A stretch of 62,520 nt of DNA from NCBI GenBank assembly GCA_028864975.1, contig JAGWLG010000018.1, positions 1 through 62,520 on the forward strand, read 5' to 3'. Below the pieces are notes generated by a model, which searched no databases, was not told the origin of the DNA, and worked only from the letters and a program-made list of their open reading frames with translations. The translations under genes were made by a program, and so were the position numbers. The stretch's first letter is position 1. Every line of letters begins with the position of its first letter. Of the stretch, positions 27,157 through 35,980 are shown one piece after another. The stretch is from Thermoplasmata archaeon (GTDB taxonomy: Archaea; Thermoplasmatota; Thermoplasmata; Lutacidiplasmatales; UBA184).

Positions 27157-27282
27157 GTGGGCGATGCGACGGCTGGGCGGCGGTGGGTCCGTCCGCTCCG
27201 ATGGACCGACAAGGTGGCCATCGGGCTCGCGGCCATCCTTCTGTTGCTGATGGTGTACAGCGTGCTCTACCTGCGTTTCTGA
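27157..27282 (+). CDS. 41-aa single-TM peptide (below ORF-track cutoff)
   Basis: GTG..TGA: MGDATAGRRWVRPLRWTDKVAIGLAAILLLLMVYSVLYLRF. Confidence 0.4.
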   Translation: MGDATAGRRWVRPLRWTDKVAIGLAAILLLLMVYSVLYLRF

Positions 27283-27287
27283 TCCCC

Positions 27288-27848
27288 TCACCCGGCCCGC
27301 CGAGGCCGACCTGCGTCGGCCTCGCCCTCCAACGCGGCGTGCGCCTGTTCCAGCGCGTCCATCGAGTGCGGAAGCCACGCGCTGAACATCGCATCGAGGG
27401 TCGGGAAGCAGACCCGGTCGCACCGAGGGGCGAGGGGCAGGTGTCGCCCCGAGGGAGGCCTCACCGAGGCCCCGGGGGGGCCGAGGGAATCCGAAGGATG
27501 AGGCCGGCACCGCCAGCACGAGATGGAACCGAGAGACCCCCGACCCCCCGGAGAAGCCGAGGAAGATGGGGTCCCTCGGGAGGACTCGGCCGCGACCGAC
27601 TTGGCCCACACCCGAAGATCGGACGAGTCCGTATCGGGGGTCCAGGCGGGGCCGAGGAGCGGAGGCGCGCCTCGCTCCGAGGTAGGACCCGTCGGAGGAC
27701 CCTGGGGCCGAACGACGGGTCCGGTATCGGTGATGAGAGGACCGAACAGGGGCGACGGGTCTCCCCAGCGTGAGAACTGGCGGTGGTCGGTCCAGTCGTG
27801 GCCGCACCGAGGACAGGGGGCCGTCTCTCTGTCCGAGGGAGGACGCAT
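27288..27848 (-). CDS. Cys/His-rich Zn-binding hypothetical protein
   Basis: ATG 27848: CPRCGHDWTDH..CWRC..CDRVC. Confidence 0.45.
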   Translation of the reverse strand: MRPPSDRETAPCPRCGHDWTDHRQFSRWGDPSPLFGPLITDTGPVVRPQGPPTGPTSERGAPPLLGPAWTPDTDSSDLRVWAKSVAAESSRGTPSSSASPGGRGSLGSISCWRCRPHPSDSLGPPGASVRPPSGRHLPLAPRCDRVCFPTLDAMFSAWLPHSMDALEQAHAALEGEADAGRPRRAG

Positions 27849-28045
27849 CGCAGAAGACGGGTCGCTCTGTCGATGCGTCCGGAACCCCGGGACGGGGCAG
27901 GGCCGAAGGACGCCGTCAGCCCCGCGTCCTTCGGGAGGCCTCGGCCCCGACTCGCTTGGCCCCCCCGAGAGCTTCGGGACGAGGCCGGAGCCCATGGCCG
28001 CGTCGACGGGCCCGGCCGCGTCCCACGCACCGGCCCCCGACTCGC

Positions 28046-28336
28046 TCACCACCCCTCCAGGGCTCGGCGGTCCCCGCGGAACTCCGCACGGGCGCAGGGG
28101 GCTGGGTCGTGCGCGGGGTCCGTGCTTCCGCACCAGGGGCAGTCCTGGAACCCCGCCGCGTGGAGGCAGACGTTCCCCGCGAGGACGTGGCCGAGGAAGA
28201 CCCGAGAACTCCCGGACCGGCCGGAGGACCGGGGCAGGGGCTTCCGAGGGAGGCCCGTCCCCGGGGGCTCGGCCCACGGGGCAGGGCCGGTAGCGTGCTC
28301 GGCGTTCGTTGCGGTCTTGGCGCTCTTGGTCGTCAT
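28046..28336 (-). CDS. Small Zn-finger-like protein
   Basis: MTTKSAK..CLHAAGFQDCPWCGSTDPAHDPAPC. Confidence 0.4.
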   Translation of the reverse strand: MTTKSAKTATNAEHATGPAPWAEPPGTGLPRKPLPRSSGRSGSSRVFLGHVLAGNVCLHAAGFQDCPWCGSTDPAHDPAPCARAEFRGDRRALEGW

Positions 28337-28610
28337 CGCCCTCTGGGGGAACGCCGAGGGTCCCACGAGGACCCTCGGACGGACTCGGCCTCAAGATGAC
28401 CGGCCCCCGCGATCCGCGAGGACGAGTCCAGGTTCGACCCCATCCCCCCGAGCCGCCCGAAGGGCGGCCGCCCGGAGCGGGTCGCGGGCCGCCAGGGGAA
28501 GGCTCCCTACGTGTAGCGCGGAGCAAAGCGGAGCGCGGAGCCTAGGAGACTTCCGCGAAGGACCGAAGGGCCTTCGCGAGGACCCGTCCACGAGACGGGT
28601 CCGAACCTCC

Positions 28611-28693
28611 GCGACCTCGCCGAGGGTCCCACGAGGACCCGAGGGAGGACCTGACCGAAGGGCATGTCCGAAGGGGGAATGCGGTCGACCGTT
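28611..28693 (+). repeat. Dispersed hairpin element, copy 2
   Basis: GCGACCTCGCCGAGG..GAGGGAGGACCTG-ACCGAAGGG-CATGTCCGAAGGGGGAATGCGGTCGACCGTT; closely matches 45411-45525. Confidence 0.75.
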
Positions 28694-28972
28694 CCGGCGA
28701 AGGCGAGGCCGAGGACCTTTGGTCCGAGGGGACCCCGAAGGGGCCGAGCGAGGACCTGGCCCGAGGAGCGAAGCCCGCAGGGGCAGGTCGGAACCCGATG
28801 ACGACCGAGAGCGCGACTCACGCCGCGGACGGCGAGGGTGGACCTGCGAACTCGCGACCTCACCGCACGGGCGAGGGCCGCGACCGGGTGGCGCGGCCCG
28901 AGCTCGCGGGACGCTACGAGGGGCGGGCCGACCCGAAGGATTGATGGCGGGCGTCCCCCCATCAGTTCCGGG

Positions 28973-29659
28973 GTGAAGGAGCTGGCAGAGGGACGCTCGC
29001 GGGGTCGCGGGACCCGTCGCCCGATCGCTTCGCGGGTGGCCGCGGTGTCGCTCGTCATCGCTCTCGTCCTTCTCGTCCTGTTGCCGAGCGGCCCGGGGGG
29101 CGGTCTCGGGGGGTCCGCCGGCGCCCGAAGCCCCACGAACGCCTCCGACCATCCATCGATGGGGGCGAGCGCCCCCGGCACGGGCCCCGTCGCGGTCGCT
29201 ACCGCGTCGTCAAGCTGCTGGGGCGTCGTCGCCAACGTTCTCGTTGGGGAGAGTCCAGGTACGGTTGCCTACGACAGCGCAAAGGGCGAGATCTTCGTCA
29301 CTAGCTTCGGCTCGACCACCGTGAGCGTCATCTCGGACGCCACCAACACGGTCGTCGCCACGGTTTCGGTTGCGCCCGGGGCCTACCCCACGGGGGTGGC
29401 CTACGACAGCGGGAAGGGGGAGGTCTTCGTCGCGAACGAGGAGTCGAATAGCGTGAGCGTGTTGGCCCCGTCGTCCTGCGGCTCGACCGGTCCACGGACA
29501 GGCGTCGGCCTTCCAGGGGCCGAGGCCTTCGCCGTACTCGCTGGAGTCGTCGTGGTCGTGGCGATGGTCGTTGCCCTAGTCTTGGCCTCGCGGAGGCGGA
29601 GGAAGGCGCGGCTCCCCCAAACGCCACCGCCGCCTTCCCCACCGCCGACGCTCGGGTGA
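28973..29659 (+). CDS. YVTN-repeat surface protein with only two repeats
   Basis: VAYDSAKGEIFVTSFGSTTVSVISDATN and VAYDSGKGEVFVANEESNSVSV, N-terminal hydrophobic segment, C-terminal TM + RRRRK; start GTG 28973. Confidence 0.8.
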   Translation: MKELAEGRSRGRGTRRPIASRVAAVSLVIALVLLVLLPSGPGGGLGGSAGARSPTNASDHPSMGASAPGTGPVAVATASSSCWGVVANVLVGESPGTVAYDSAKGEIFVTSFGSTTVSVISDATNTVVATVSVAPGAYPTGVAYDSGKGEVFVANEESNSVSVLAPSSCGSTGPRTGVGLPGAEAFAVLAGVVVVVAMVVALVLASRRRRKARLPQTPPPPSPPPTLG

Positions 29660-30118
29660 TCGACTTCCGGTCGCCGCTGGCGAGCCGACCGCGCCGAAGG
29701 CGAGACGGAAGGGCGGAGCCCCGAGGGAAGTCCGAAGGACCCGAGCGAGGCCTCGGCCCGACCAGATGAGCCGCGGGACAGGTCGGGACGACGCCGTACT
29801 CCAGCGGCCGCCCGCGGGCGTCAAGGAGGGGATAGCGGCACTGACGTGAGAGGCGAGGCGCGGTCCCGAGAGCGAACGCCGAGCACGACCCCCCCGCAGC
29901 GGGGAACGCCACGCCAATCCCGAGAGGATTCGCGAAGCGGGTGGGCACGAGACGGGACCATTCTCGACACGCAGAGCCCACGGTGGTCGGGTAGCATCCT
30001 GGCGCCCACGCGAGCGCATCCATAGGTTGGGGCGGGGGGGGACGTAGCCTTCGCGGCGGGGACCCTGGACGTGGGAGGAGCACAGCCTTCAGGTCTCGAG
30101 GCCGTTCGTGGGACTCGG

Positions 30119-30625
30119 ATGATCCTTCACCTGGAGACCGACGCCTCGCTTTGTCAGCGGCACGGTGCCCGAGGAGCTGACCGAAGGTGGCGCGCCCCTG
30201 GCGGAGCGGGGGTGGTCATCCGCACCATGGGGATAGAGATGCTGGCGATGTTCGCCGTCAGCTTGGGCGACGTGGGGTCCACGGTCCACGCGGAGGGGCT
30301 CGCGCTCGAGTTCGGCCTGGAGCGAGTCCTCGCCCGGGGGGCCACGGGGGTGCGCGTTCGGGTGGACAGCACGGACCTGGTCCGGCTCGTGTCCGGGGAA
30401 ACCTCGAGCCCCTCCCCCGACATCGAGGGGATGGCCGAACGCCTCCGCCAGCTCACCCGTCGCTTCGACCCTTTCGACCTTCGGTGGGCGAGATCGACCC
30501 ACGTGACCCGTCGAGGCGACGGGGCCCTCTCGGCCGACGCCCTGGCGAAGATCGGGAGCGGAGTGCTCCGCCCCCGGGCCCTGCCCGCAGGGGTCAAGGT
30601 TGAGAAGTGGGCGGCGGAGCGATAG
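30119..30625 (+). CDS. rnhA: Ribonuclease HI (archaeal/RNase H-like)
   Basis: LETDAS..GAGVVI..HAEGLALEFGLE..VRVDSTDLV..ADALAK: all four acidic catalytic positions present. Confidence 0.8.
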   Translation: MILHLETDASLCQRHGARGADRRWRAPGGAGVVIRTMGIEMLAMFAVSLGDVGSTVHAEGLALEFGLERVLARGATGVRVRVDSTDLVRLVSGETSSPSPDIEGMAERLRQLTRRFDPFDLRWARSTHVTRRGDGALSADALAKIGSGVLRPRALPAGVKVEKWAAER

Positions 30626-30801
30626 CGGGTCCGCCCGCCAACCGCCCGCTCGGGGAGGAGGGTCGGAACCAGTGGGTCGCCCCGTCCCCGCTTGACCCGG
30701 GGAGGGTCAGAACTTCCAATCCGGAGGGCAGCTCGAGCGCCCGCGCTCGAGGTCCTCGAAGAGCTCCGACATTCCGCGAGAGAACGTGTCCGGCGCGGCC
30801 C

Positions 30802-31110
30802 CTAGCGCTTGCGAGCCTCCCTGAGAAGGTAGAACTGCGCATCGACCAGACGTTGCCGCAAACGCTTGCCTTGCATGATACCTATGACCATCACCGCCAA
30901 GGCGATGCCCCCAAGGGCAGTCGTGACCACGAGTTCTAGCCCACCCATGGTGCAGGGACCCGCGCCGGATGGACAACTCAGCGTCTGGAGGGCAGCAACC
31001 AGAACAATTCCCGAGACACCCCCGATGATCACTGTGTTCCACAGCGAGATGGCCTTCTTTGTTTCCTTGACCAGCTGTTCCAAGTCTGTCGCGGTCACGT
31101 CAGGCTCCAT
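30802..31110 (-). CDS. Two-TM membrane protein
   Basis: 102 aa, TM-Cys loop-TM; locally lower GC. Confidence 0.6.
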   Translation of the reverse strand: MEPDVTATDLEQLVKETKKAISLWNTVIIGGVSGIVLVAALQTLSCPSGAGPCTMGGLELVVTTALGGIALAVMVIGIMQGKRLRQRLVDAQFYLLREARKR

Positions 31111-31113
31111 CTC

Positions 31114-31587
31114 TCAACGCGGAGGCGCTAGACCCGACCGCTTCCACGCCTGCCATGCATCGTGAGCTCGGCGAGCTTCTCGAGGCGTGAGCGGGAACGT
31201 AGCAACGCCCTTGGAGCTGTAACGGTAGGCGAGCTCGGGTGCAAGGTTGACGTAGACATGCGTGATGCCTCGAAAAGGCATTTCAAACCTCCTTGGCCCC
31301 CCCACGGGTAATGGGTACCCGGTGGCGATTACGACAAACCCCGAAGCAGTCATCTCAAACTTCTTCGGGCTCCATAGGAGGACTGCCGGGAGGTTGACCC
31401 CTACGATCAGGATTGCTCCAAGGGCGAGCGGAATGAATCCCGTAATACTCCACAGGTGCAACAACCACAGAACCGTCGCGGCGCCCAAGCATAGTACTCC
31501 CAGCAATGGGAAGACAAAAAGGACGAATCGCCAGCAAACCCTTGCCCAGTAAGAGTTCGCGGAATCCGCGACTTGACGACTATGCAT
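31114..31587 (-). CDS. Two-TM protein with PH-like domain
   Basis: 157 aa; KFEMTASGFVV..EMPFRGITHV; tandem with 30802..31110. Confidence 0.6.
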   Translation of the reverse strand: MHSRQVADSANSYWARVCWRFVLFVFPLLGVLCLGAATVLWLLHLWSITGFIPLALGAILIVGVNLPAVLLWSPKKFEMTASGFVVIATGYPLPVGGPRRFEMPFRGITHVYVNLAPELAYRYSSKGVATFPLTPREARRAHDAWQAWKRSGLAPPR

Positions 31588-31788
31588 GCTTCAGGAGGAT
31601 TCAGAATGCGGTGAACGCGTCCGGCCGGAGCGTCACGGGTCCATCCCTCAAACCTGGCTCCCGGGGGGAGCCAGGGGGCCGGGGCTATTTGGGCACTTGG
31701 TCCCGGTCGACTGCCGGTCGGCCTTGTGGCCTGGGGTTAGGCTTGCCCCCACGTCCTGGGCTGAGGGTTCGGGGGAGCGCGGGCGGGT

Positions 31789-32148
31789 TCAGAACTTCGC
31801 GTGCGACCGGGGCGCGCGCTCGAGGGCCTCGAGGAGCTCCTCCTCGAGGGTGTCCTCGCACTCCCACGAGCAGGCCGAGAGACCCCCCATCACACCGACA
31901 CGACGAAGGAAAGGGGGTCTTCCGGGAGGACGCGACCCCGGCGGCCTTGGCGCCCACGATGGACCGGGGCGCGTCCGAATGTCGCCCCACCCCAGGAACA
32001 TGGCGACCTTCCCACACACGGAGCACGGGGCCGGGTGGGCCGCCTCCGTGCAGCCCCCCGTCCGATGGCGGGCGGTCCCCAGGAGGTGGCCGCACTCCTC
32101 GCAGGGGAACTGCGCGACCTCTTCCTCGGTCAAGCGTTCCGCGGGCAT
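31789..32148 (-). CDS. Multi-Cys Zn-finger protein
   Basis: MPAERLTEEEVAQFPCEECGH..H..C..PCSVCGK..ACSWEC. Confidence 0.55.
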   Translation of the reverse strand: MPAERLTEEEVAQFPCEECGHLLGTARHRTGGCTEAAHPAPCSVCGKVAMFLGWGDIRTRPGPSWAPRPPGSRPPGRPPFLRRVGVMGGLSACSWECEDTLEEELLEALERAPRSHAKF

Positions 32149-32367
32149 CGATAGGTATGCCCGCGAACGCTCCCAAGGCCCCCTCCACGCCGACCGACAG
32201 GAGTCGGGCTTATGGTCCGGGACGGCGATGAGAGGAGCGGCCCAGGACCGGGGGCGGAGAGAGAAAGGCGCGGGGAGTGGCACCTTGACGCCGTAGGCGT
32301 CACGGCACGACGACCTTCAGGTCGTCGGGGTTCGAACCCGTGAGAACCCCGTCCACGACCTACCTCA

Positions 32368-32964
32368 TCACCCGCTAGAGTAGACCGTGACGACCGGGTA
32401 GCCGAAGTGTCCCCCCGGTTGATCTGGGTACACCATCGACAAGTTGAGCTCTAGGTGAGCCCCTGCCCCCACCACCGCAGGGAATGCAGGAGATGCTCCT
32501 GTCGATCTCCATGGAGATGGGACGGATGCCCCGTTCAATAGGTGAGACGAGCTGCGGTCGGAATTGTAGAGCCACTCAGTCTCGACAAACGCCCCTCCGG
32601 CTTGCTCACGAGCGGTTCCGCAAGGTGTAGCCCAGGGGGGAGTGGAAACATTCGCCTGCCAAAAGTAACCTTGTCGCGGCCCTGTGTATGAAAAGTTGAT
32701 TGGGACCTCCGATGGACTGCCACATCCCGAGATGAAGACGATTGGTGGCACAATTCCGATCTCCCAAAGGAGCAAGAGAGAGACCGCCGATGCTGCTGCG
32801 ACCGACGCGAAGAGGAGCGCGAATCTTCGCCTGCGGCCCCGTCGCACGCGCCACCTGCGCCGCGGGGCCAACTCGGCGGCGGGAGAGGTCGGACCGGCCA
32901 CGCCCCCTAGAGCGCCACCGTCGGGATAGGGGTTTGGGAGAGGGAGTACGCGCCCTCCGGGCAC
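32368..32964 (-). CDS. Single-TM membrane-anchored protein
   Basis: Basic stretch RRRWRVRRGRRRR, TM, external beta-rich domain; start uncertain. Confidence 0.55.
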   Translation of the reverse strand: MPGGRVLPLPNPYPDGGALGGVAGPTSPAAELAPRRRWRVRRGRRRRFALLFASVAAASAVSLLLLWEIGIVPPIVFISGCGSPSEVPINFSYTGPRQGYFWQANVSTPPWATPCGTAREQAGGAFVETEWLYNSDRSSSHLLNGASVPSPWRSTGASPAFPAVVGAGAHLELNLSMVYPDQPGGHFGYPVVTVYSSG

Positions 32965-33036
32965 GCTCCCTCCGAGGGTGCGTCCGAAAGGACCCGTCCG
33001 AACCCGGCGGAGACCCCCCGTGCGGCGGGGCAGGAC

Positions 33037-33411
33037 CTACTTCAGGAACTCCACGTGGGCGATCCCCTCGAAGGCGCGGTCGCCGGTGAGGAACTTTCGA
33101 CCGAGGGCCCTGGCCGCCTCGTACCCCCAGGCGTCGATGTAGGAGCAGTTGCGTTTCCGCGTCACCATGTCCTCCTTGAACTCCGCCGCCGCCAAGGCCA
33201 CCTCCCGGGGGACGTCCGTCACGTAGGAGAGGCACGCCTGGGCATGCTTGAGCGCGACCTCGGGCGCGAGCTGGCGTCGGAGGACGTGGTAGACCTCGAG
33301 GACGTTCATCGCGGTCGTGACGACGTCGCGCTCGTGGAAGACCCGCTGGTAGCGCGGGTTCCCGCCGACGTGCTCGAAGAAGGCGTAGGAATCCGCCAAG
33401 AGGTCAGCCAA
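33037..33411 (-). CDS. vapC: PIN-domain toxin
   Basis: LADSYAFF..NVLEVY..SYIDAWGY..FLTGDRAF: PIN acidic tetrad. Confidence 0.9.
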   Translation of the reverse strand: MADLLADSYAFFEHVGGNPRYQRVFHERDVVTTAMNVLEVYHVLRRQLAPEVALKHAQACLSYVTDVPREVALAAAEFKEDMVTRKRNCSYIDAWGYEAARALGRKFLTGDRAFEGIAHVEFLK

Positions 33412-33616
33412 GGTCCTCCCCCTCGTTCGACAGACGGTTCAGCTCCTCCGCGCTCAGCTTGCCCTTGAGCAGTCCGAAGAACTCGTCCAACCGTGGGGCC
33501 TTCTCGAGTTGCGCGCGGACATGGTCGCCTTCGTGAAGCTTCAGCTCCTTGACGAGCGGCGACGGAAGGATGAGCGCGAGGGAGTTGCCCGCCCGACGGA
33601 CCACCATATCGGTCAT
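33404..33616 (-). CDS. vapB: AbrB/MazE-type antitoxin
   Basis: VRRAGNSLALILPSPLVKELKLHEGDHV; overlaps the vapC start. Confidence 0.9.
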   Translation of the reverse strand: MTDMVVRRAGNSLALILPSPLVKELKLHEGDHVRAQLEKAPRLDEFFGLLKGKLSAEELNRLSNEGEDLG

Positions 33617-33714
33617 GCGCCAAGAGTCATACATCGTGTAATACATAACCATTTCCGCCCAGGGCTCCCGACCCCCTGGTTCCGGGGCCGGACCGAGGAA
33701 CGGGAGGCACCGAA

Positions 33715-33766
33715 GGACGGGGGCAGGCCTCGTCCTGAGGGAGGACCTGGCCACAAGACAGGTCCG
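33715..33766 (+). repeat. Dispersed hairpin element, copy 3
   Basis: GGACGGGGGCAG..GAGGGAGGACCTG-GCCACAAGA-CAGGTCCG, about 100 nt upstream of vapB. Confidence 0.75.
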
Positions 33767-34038
33767 GCAGAGGCCGTTCCTCGGGCGGACTCGGCCGAGG
33801 GAGTCGCTTCATGGCAGGCTGACCGACGGGCAGGACTCCCGAGGGATGACTCGGCCAAGCGACGAGTCTGAACCTACGAGGACGGGTCCAGAGCCTCCCT
33901 TCGGTTGTCGAAGGGAGGCGGAGGCCCCCCCAAGCCTGCAGGATGACGGGTCACGCCCACGGCTCGTCCGAGCTATAGAAGACGGCATCGGGCGAAGGGA
34001 GATACGCCGGTCACGCCTTCCATGAAGTCGCAACGCCC

Positions 34039-35943
34039 ATGAGCGATTCCCTTCCTTCAACCGCCCTCTTGGTCTTGTCGGTCTGGGTATTGCTGGTCGG
34101 AGGGGCGACCCCCACAGTCGTCGAACCTACGCGGCCCTACGAACCCGGACTTTCCCATCCTGCGCCGCGACCCGCTGAGCACGGGGACGGGGCCGGTGTA
34201 GGGATCGTCGCGACCACCCCACGCGACTGCAGCTATTGTGTCCTGGCCAACTTCTCTGCAGGGCTGGACGCGGCTGATGTGGCCTTCAGCGCGCTAACTG
34301 GCGATCTCTACGTTGCGGAGCATGACTCGGACAGCGTCTCGGTCATCGACCCGAACTCGGGTCGCATCGTGAACTCGATCTCGCTGGCCTCGAATCCTTG
34401 TACGTGCCCGGGTCGCATCGTCGTCGACGACGCGCGCGCGACAGCCTACGTCTTGACTGGCGGGATGAACAGTATCACCGTCGTCAACATCTCGACCAAC
34501 CAGGTCGTCGGTTCCGTGTTGGTGGGGGGGGGGCCCGGGGGAGAGGCACTCGACACCAACACCGGAATCCTCTATGTCACCAACACCGCATCCATGAACA
34601 TCTCGCTGGTCAGTACCCAGACTGACAAGGTTGTCGCGTGGAGGGCCGCGGGTCGCGACCCCGCCGCGGTCGCGTACGATCGCGTGAACGGGGACGTCTA
34701 CGTGGCGAACTTCATGTCCGACAACCTTACGGTCATCGACGGACGGACCCAGCTCACTATCGGAAGCATTCCCACGGGTTCCACTCCGGGCGGTATCGCC
34801 GTGGACCCGTCCTCCGACCTAGTTTACGTCACAAACTTCGGGTCCAATAACGTGTCCATCATCAACGGTTCAACCAACACCGTCCTAGCGTCGGTTCCGG
34901 TGGGTGTCTATCCTCTCGGGGCAATCGTCGACCCCTTCAACGGGGAAGTCTACGTTGCGAACTCCTATTCGAACAACATCTCCGTCATCTCTGGACGCCT
35001 GGGTCAGGTGATCGCCACCATCGGGCCAGTTCCGACTCCCGAATTTTTCGCCTACGACGCCATGAGTGGCTACCTCTACAGCGCGGACGGGCCATCGAAC
35101 GAGGTCTCCTGGATAGCTCCACAACCGGCTCTTCTTGGCCTTCAGGTGACTCCTGGAACCGCGAGCACCACGGTAGGTCGGTCCGTGAGTTTCTCCGCGA
35201 CGCCAGCCTGTTTCCCGGTGGTCTGCGGCCCCGGGATCGTCTACCATTGGGCGGTTTCCAACCCCCTCGGGACAATGGCCTCGCCGGGGGGGGCTGTCGG
35301 GGTGTTCGTCGCGGGGGCCTCAGCAGGCAACCTCACCCTCTACGTGAACGCCACGCTCGCTGGATACAACGCGAGCGGTCAGCCTGTGGCGATCACGATT
35401 CTCCCAGAACTTTCCTCCGTCGGCATCGCTCCTCCATCGGTCGAGCTGTTCCCACGCACCCTCGTCACGCTAACTGCGAACGCGGTCTGCGCCGGCGGGT
35501 CGTGCGCACGCATGGTCAACTACTCATGGATGAGTGACGGGCAGGATGGTACCCTGCTCGGGAGCTCGGGCTCCATCGTGCAGTACCGTGCAGGGAACGT
35601 CTCGGGCACGGAAGCAATCTCCGTCACCGCGACCATCGCAGGAGAGTCCCCGCGAAGCGGCCACGCCAACGTCACTGTGGTCGTCAACCAGTCGCGGGTG
35701 TCCTCTCCCCATTTTGCCTTCGGGCTCTCTCCTAGCGAATGGACCATGATCTTCTCGCTTCTCGCGGCTTCGTTGCTTCTCGCTATCGTGCTCGTATTGC
35801 TCCTCCGGCGCAAGCGCCGGGGTACAACGGCCAATCTGTCTCCGGACTCGAAGAAAGCCGGGAACTCTGACCGTCAAGAAAGAAGGGGAGGATTGGCAGC
35901 CGAACTCGCGGGCCGGTCTGCTGCCCCGGAGCGGAAAGAGTGA
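34039..35943 (+). CDS. YVTN beta-propeller surface protein with two Ig-like domains and TM anchor
   Basis: About seven YV.N..SN.VSVI repeats, CFPVVC/CAGGSC Ig-like domains, TM + RRKRR. Confidence 0.9.
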   Translation: MSDSLPSTALLVLSVWVLLVGGATPTVVEPTRPYEPGLSHPAPRPAEHGDGAGVGIVATTPRDCSYCVLANFSAGLDAADVAFSALTGDLYVAEHDSDSVSVIDPNSGRIVNSISLASNPCTCPGRIVVDDARATAYVLTGGMNSITVVNISTNQVVGSVLVGGGPGGEALDTNTGILYVTNTASMNISLVSTQTDKVVAWRAAGRDPAAVAYDRVNGDVYVANFMSDNLTVIDGRTQLTIGSIPTGSTPGGIAVDPSSDLVYVTNFGSNNVSIINGSTNTVLASVPVGVYPLGAIVDPFNGEVYVANSYSNNISVISGRLGQVIATIGPVPTPEFFAYDAMSGYLYSADGPSNEVSWIAPQPALLGLQVTPGTASTTVGRSVSFSATPACFPVVCGPGIVYHWAVSNPLGTMASPGGAVGVFVAGASAGNLTLYVNATLAGYNASGQPVAITILPELSSVGIAPPSVELFPRTLVTLTANAVCAGGSCARMVNYSWMSDGQDGTLLGSSGSIVQYRAGNVSGTEAISVTATIAGESPRSGHANVTVVVNQSRVSSPHFAFGLSPSEWTMIFSLLAASLLLAIVLVLLLRRKRRGTTANLSPDSKKAGNSDRQERRGGLAAELAGRSAAPERKE

Positions 35944-35980
35944 CTTTCAGAGTGGATTCGGCGAATCGTTTTTCTACTCG

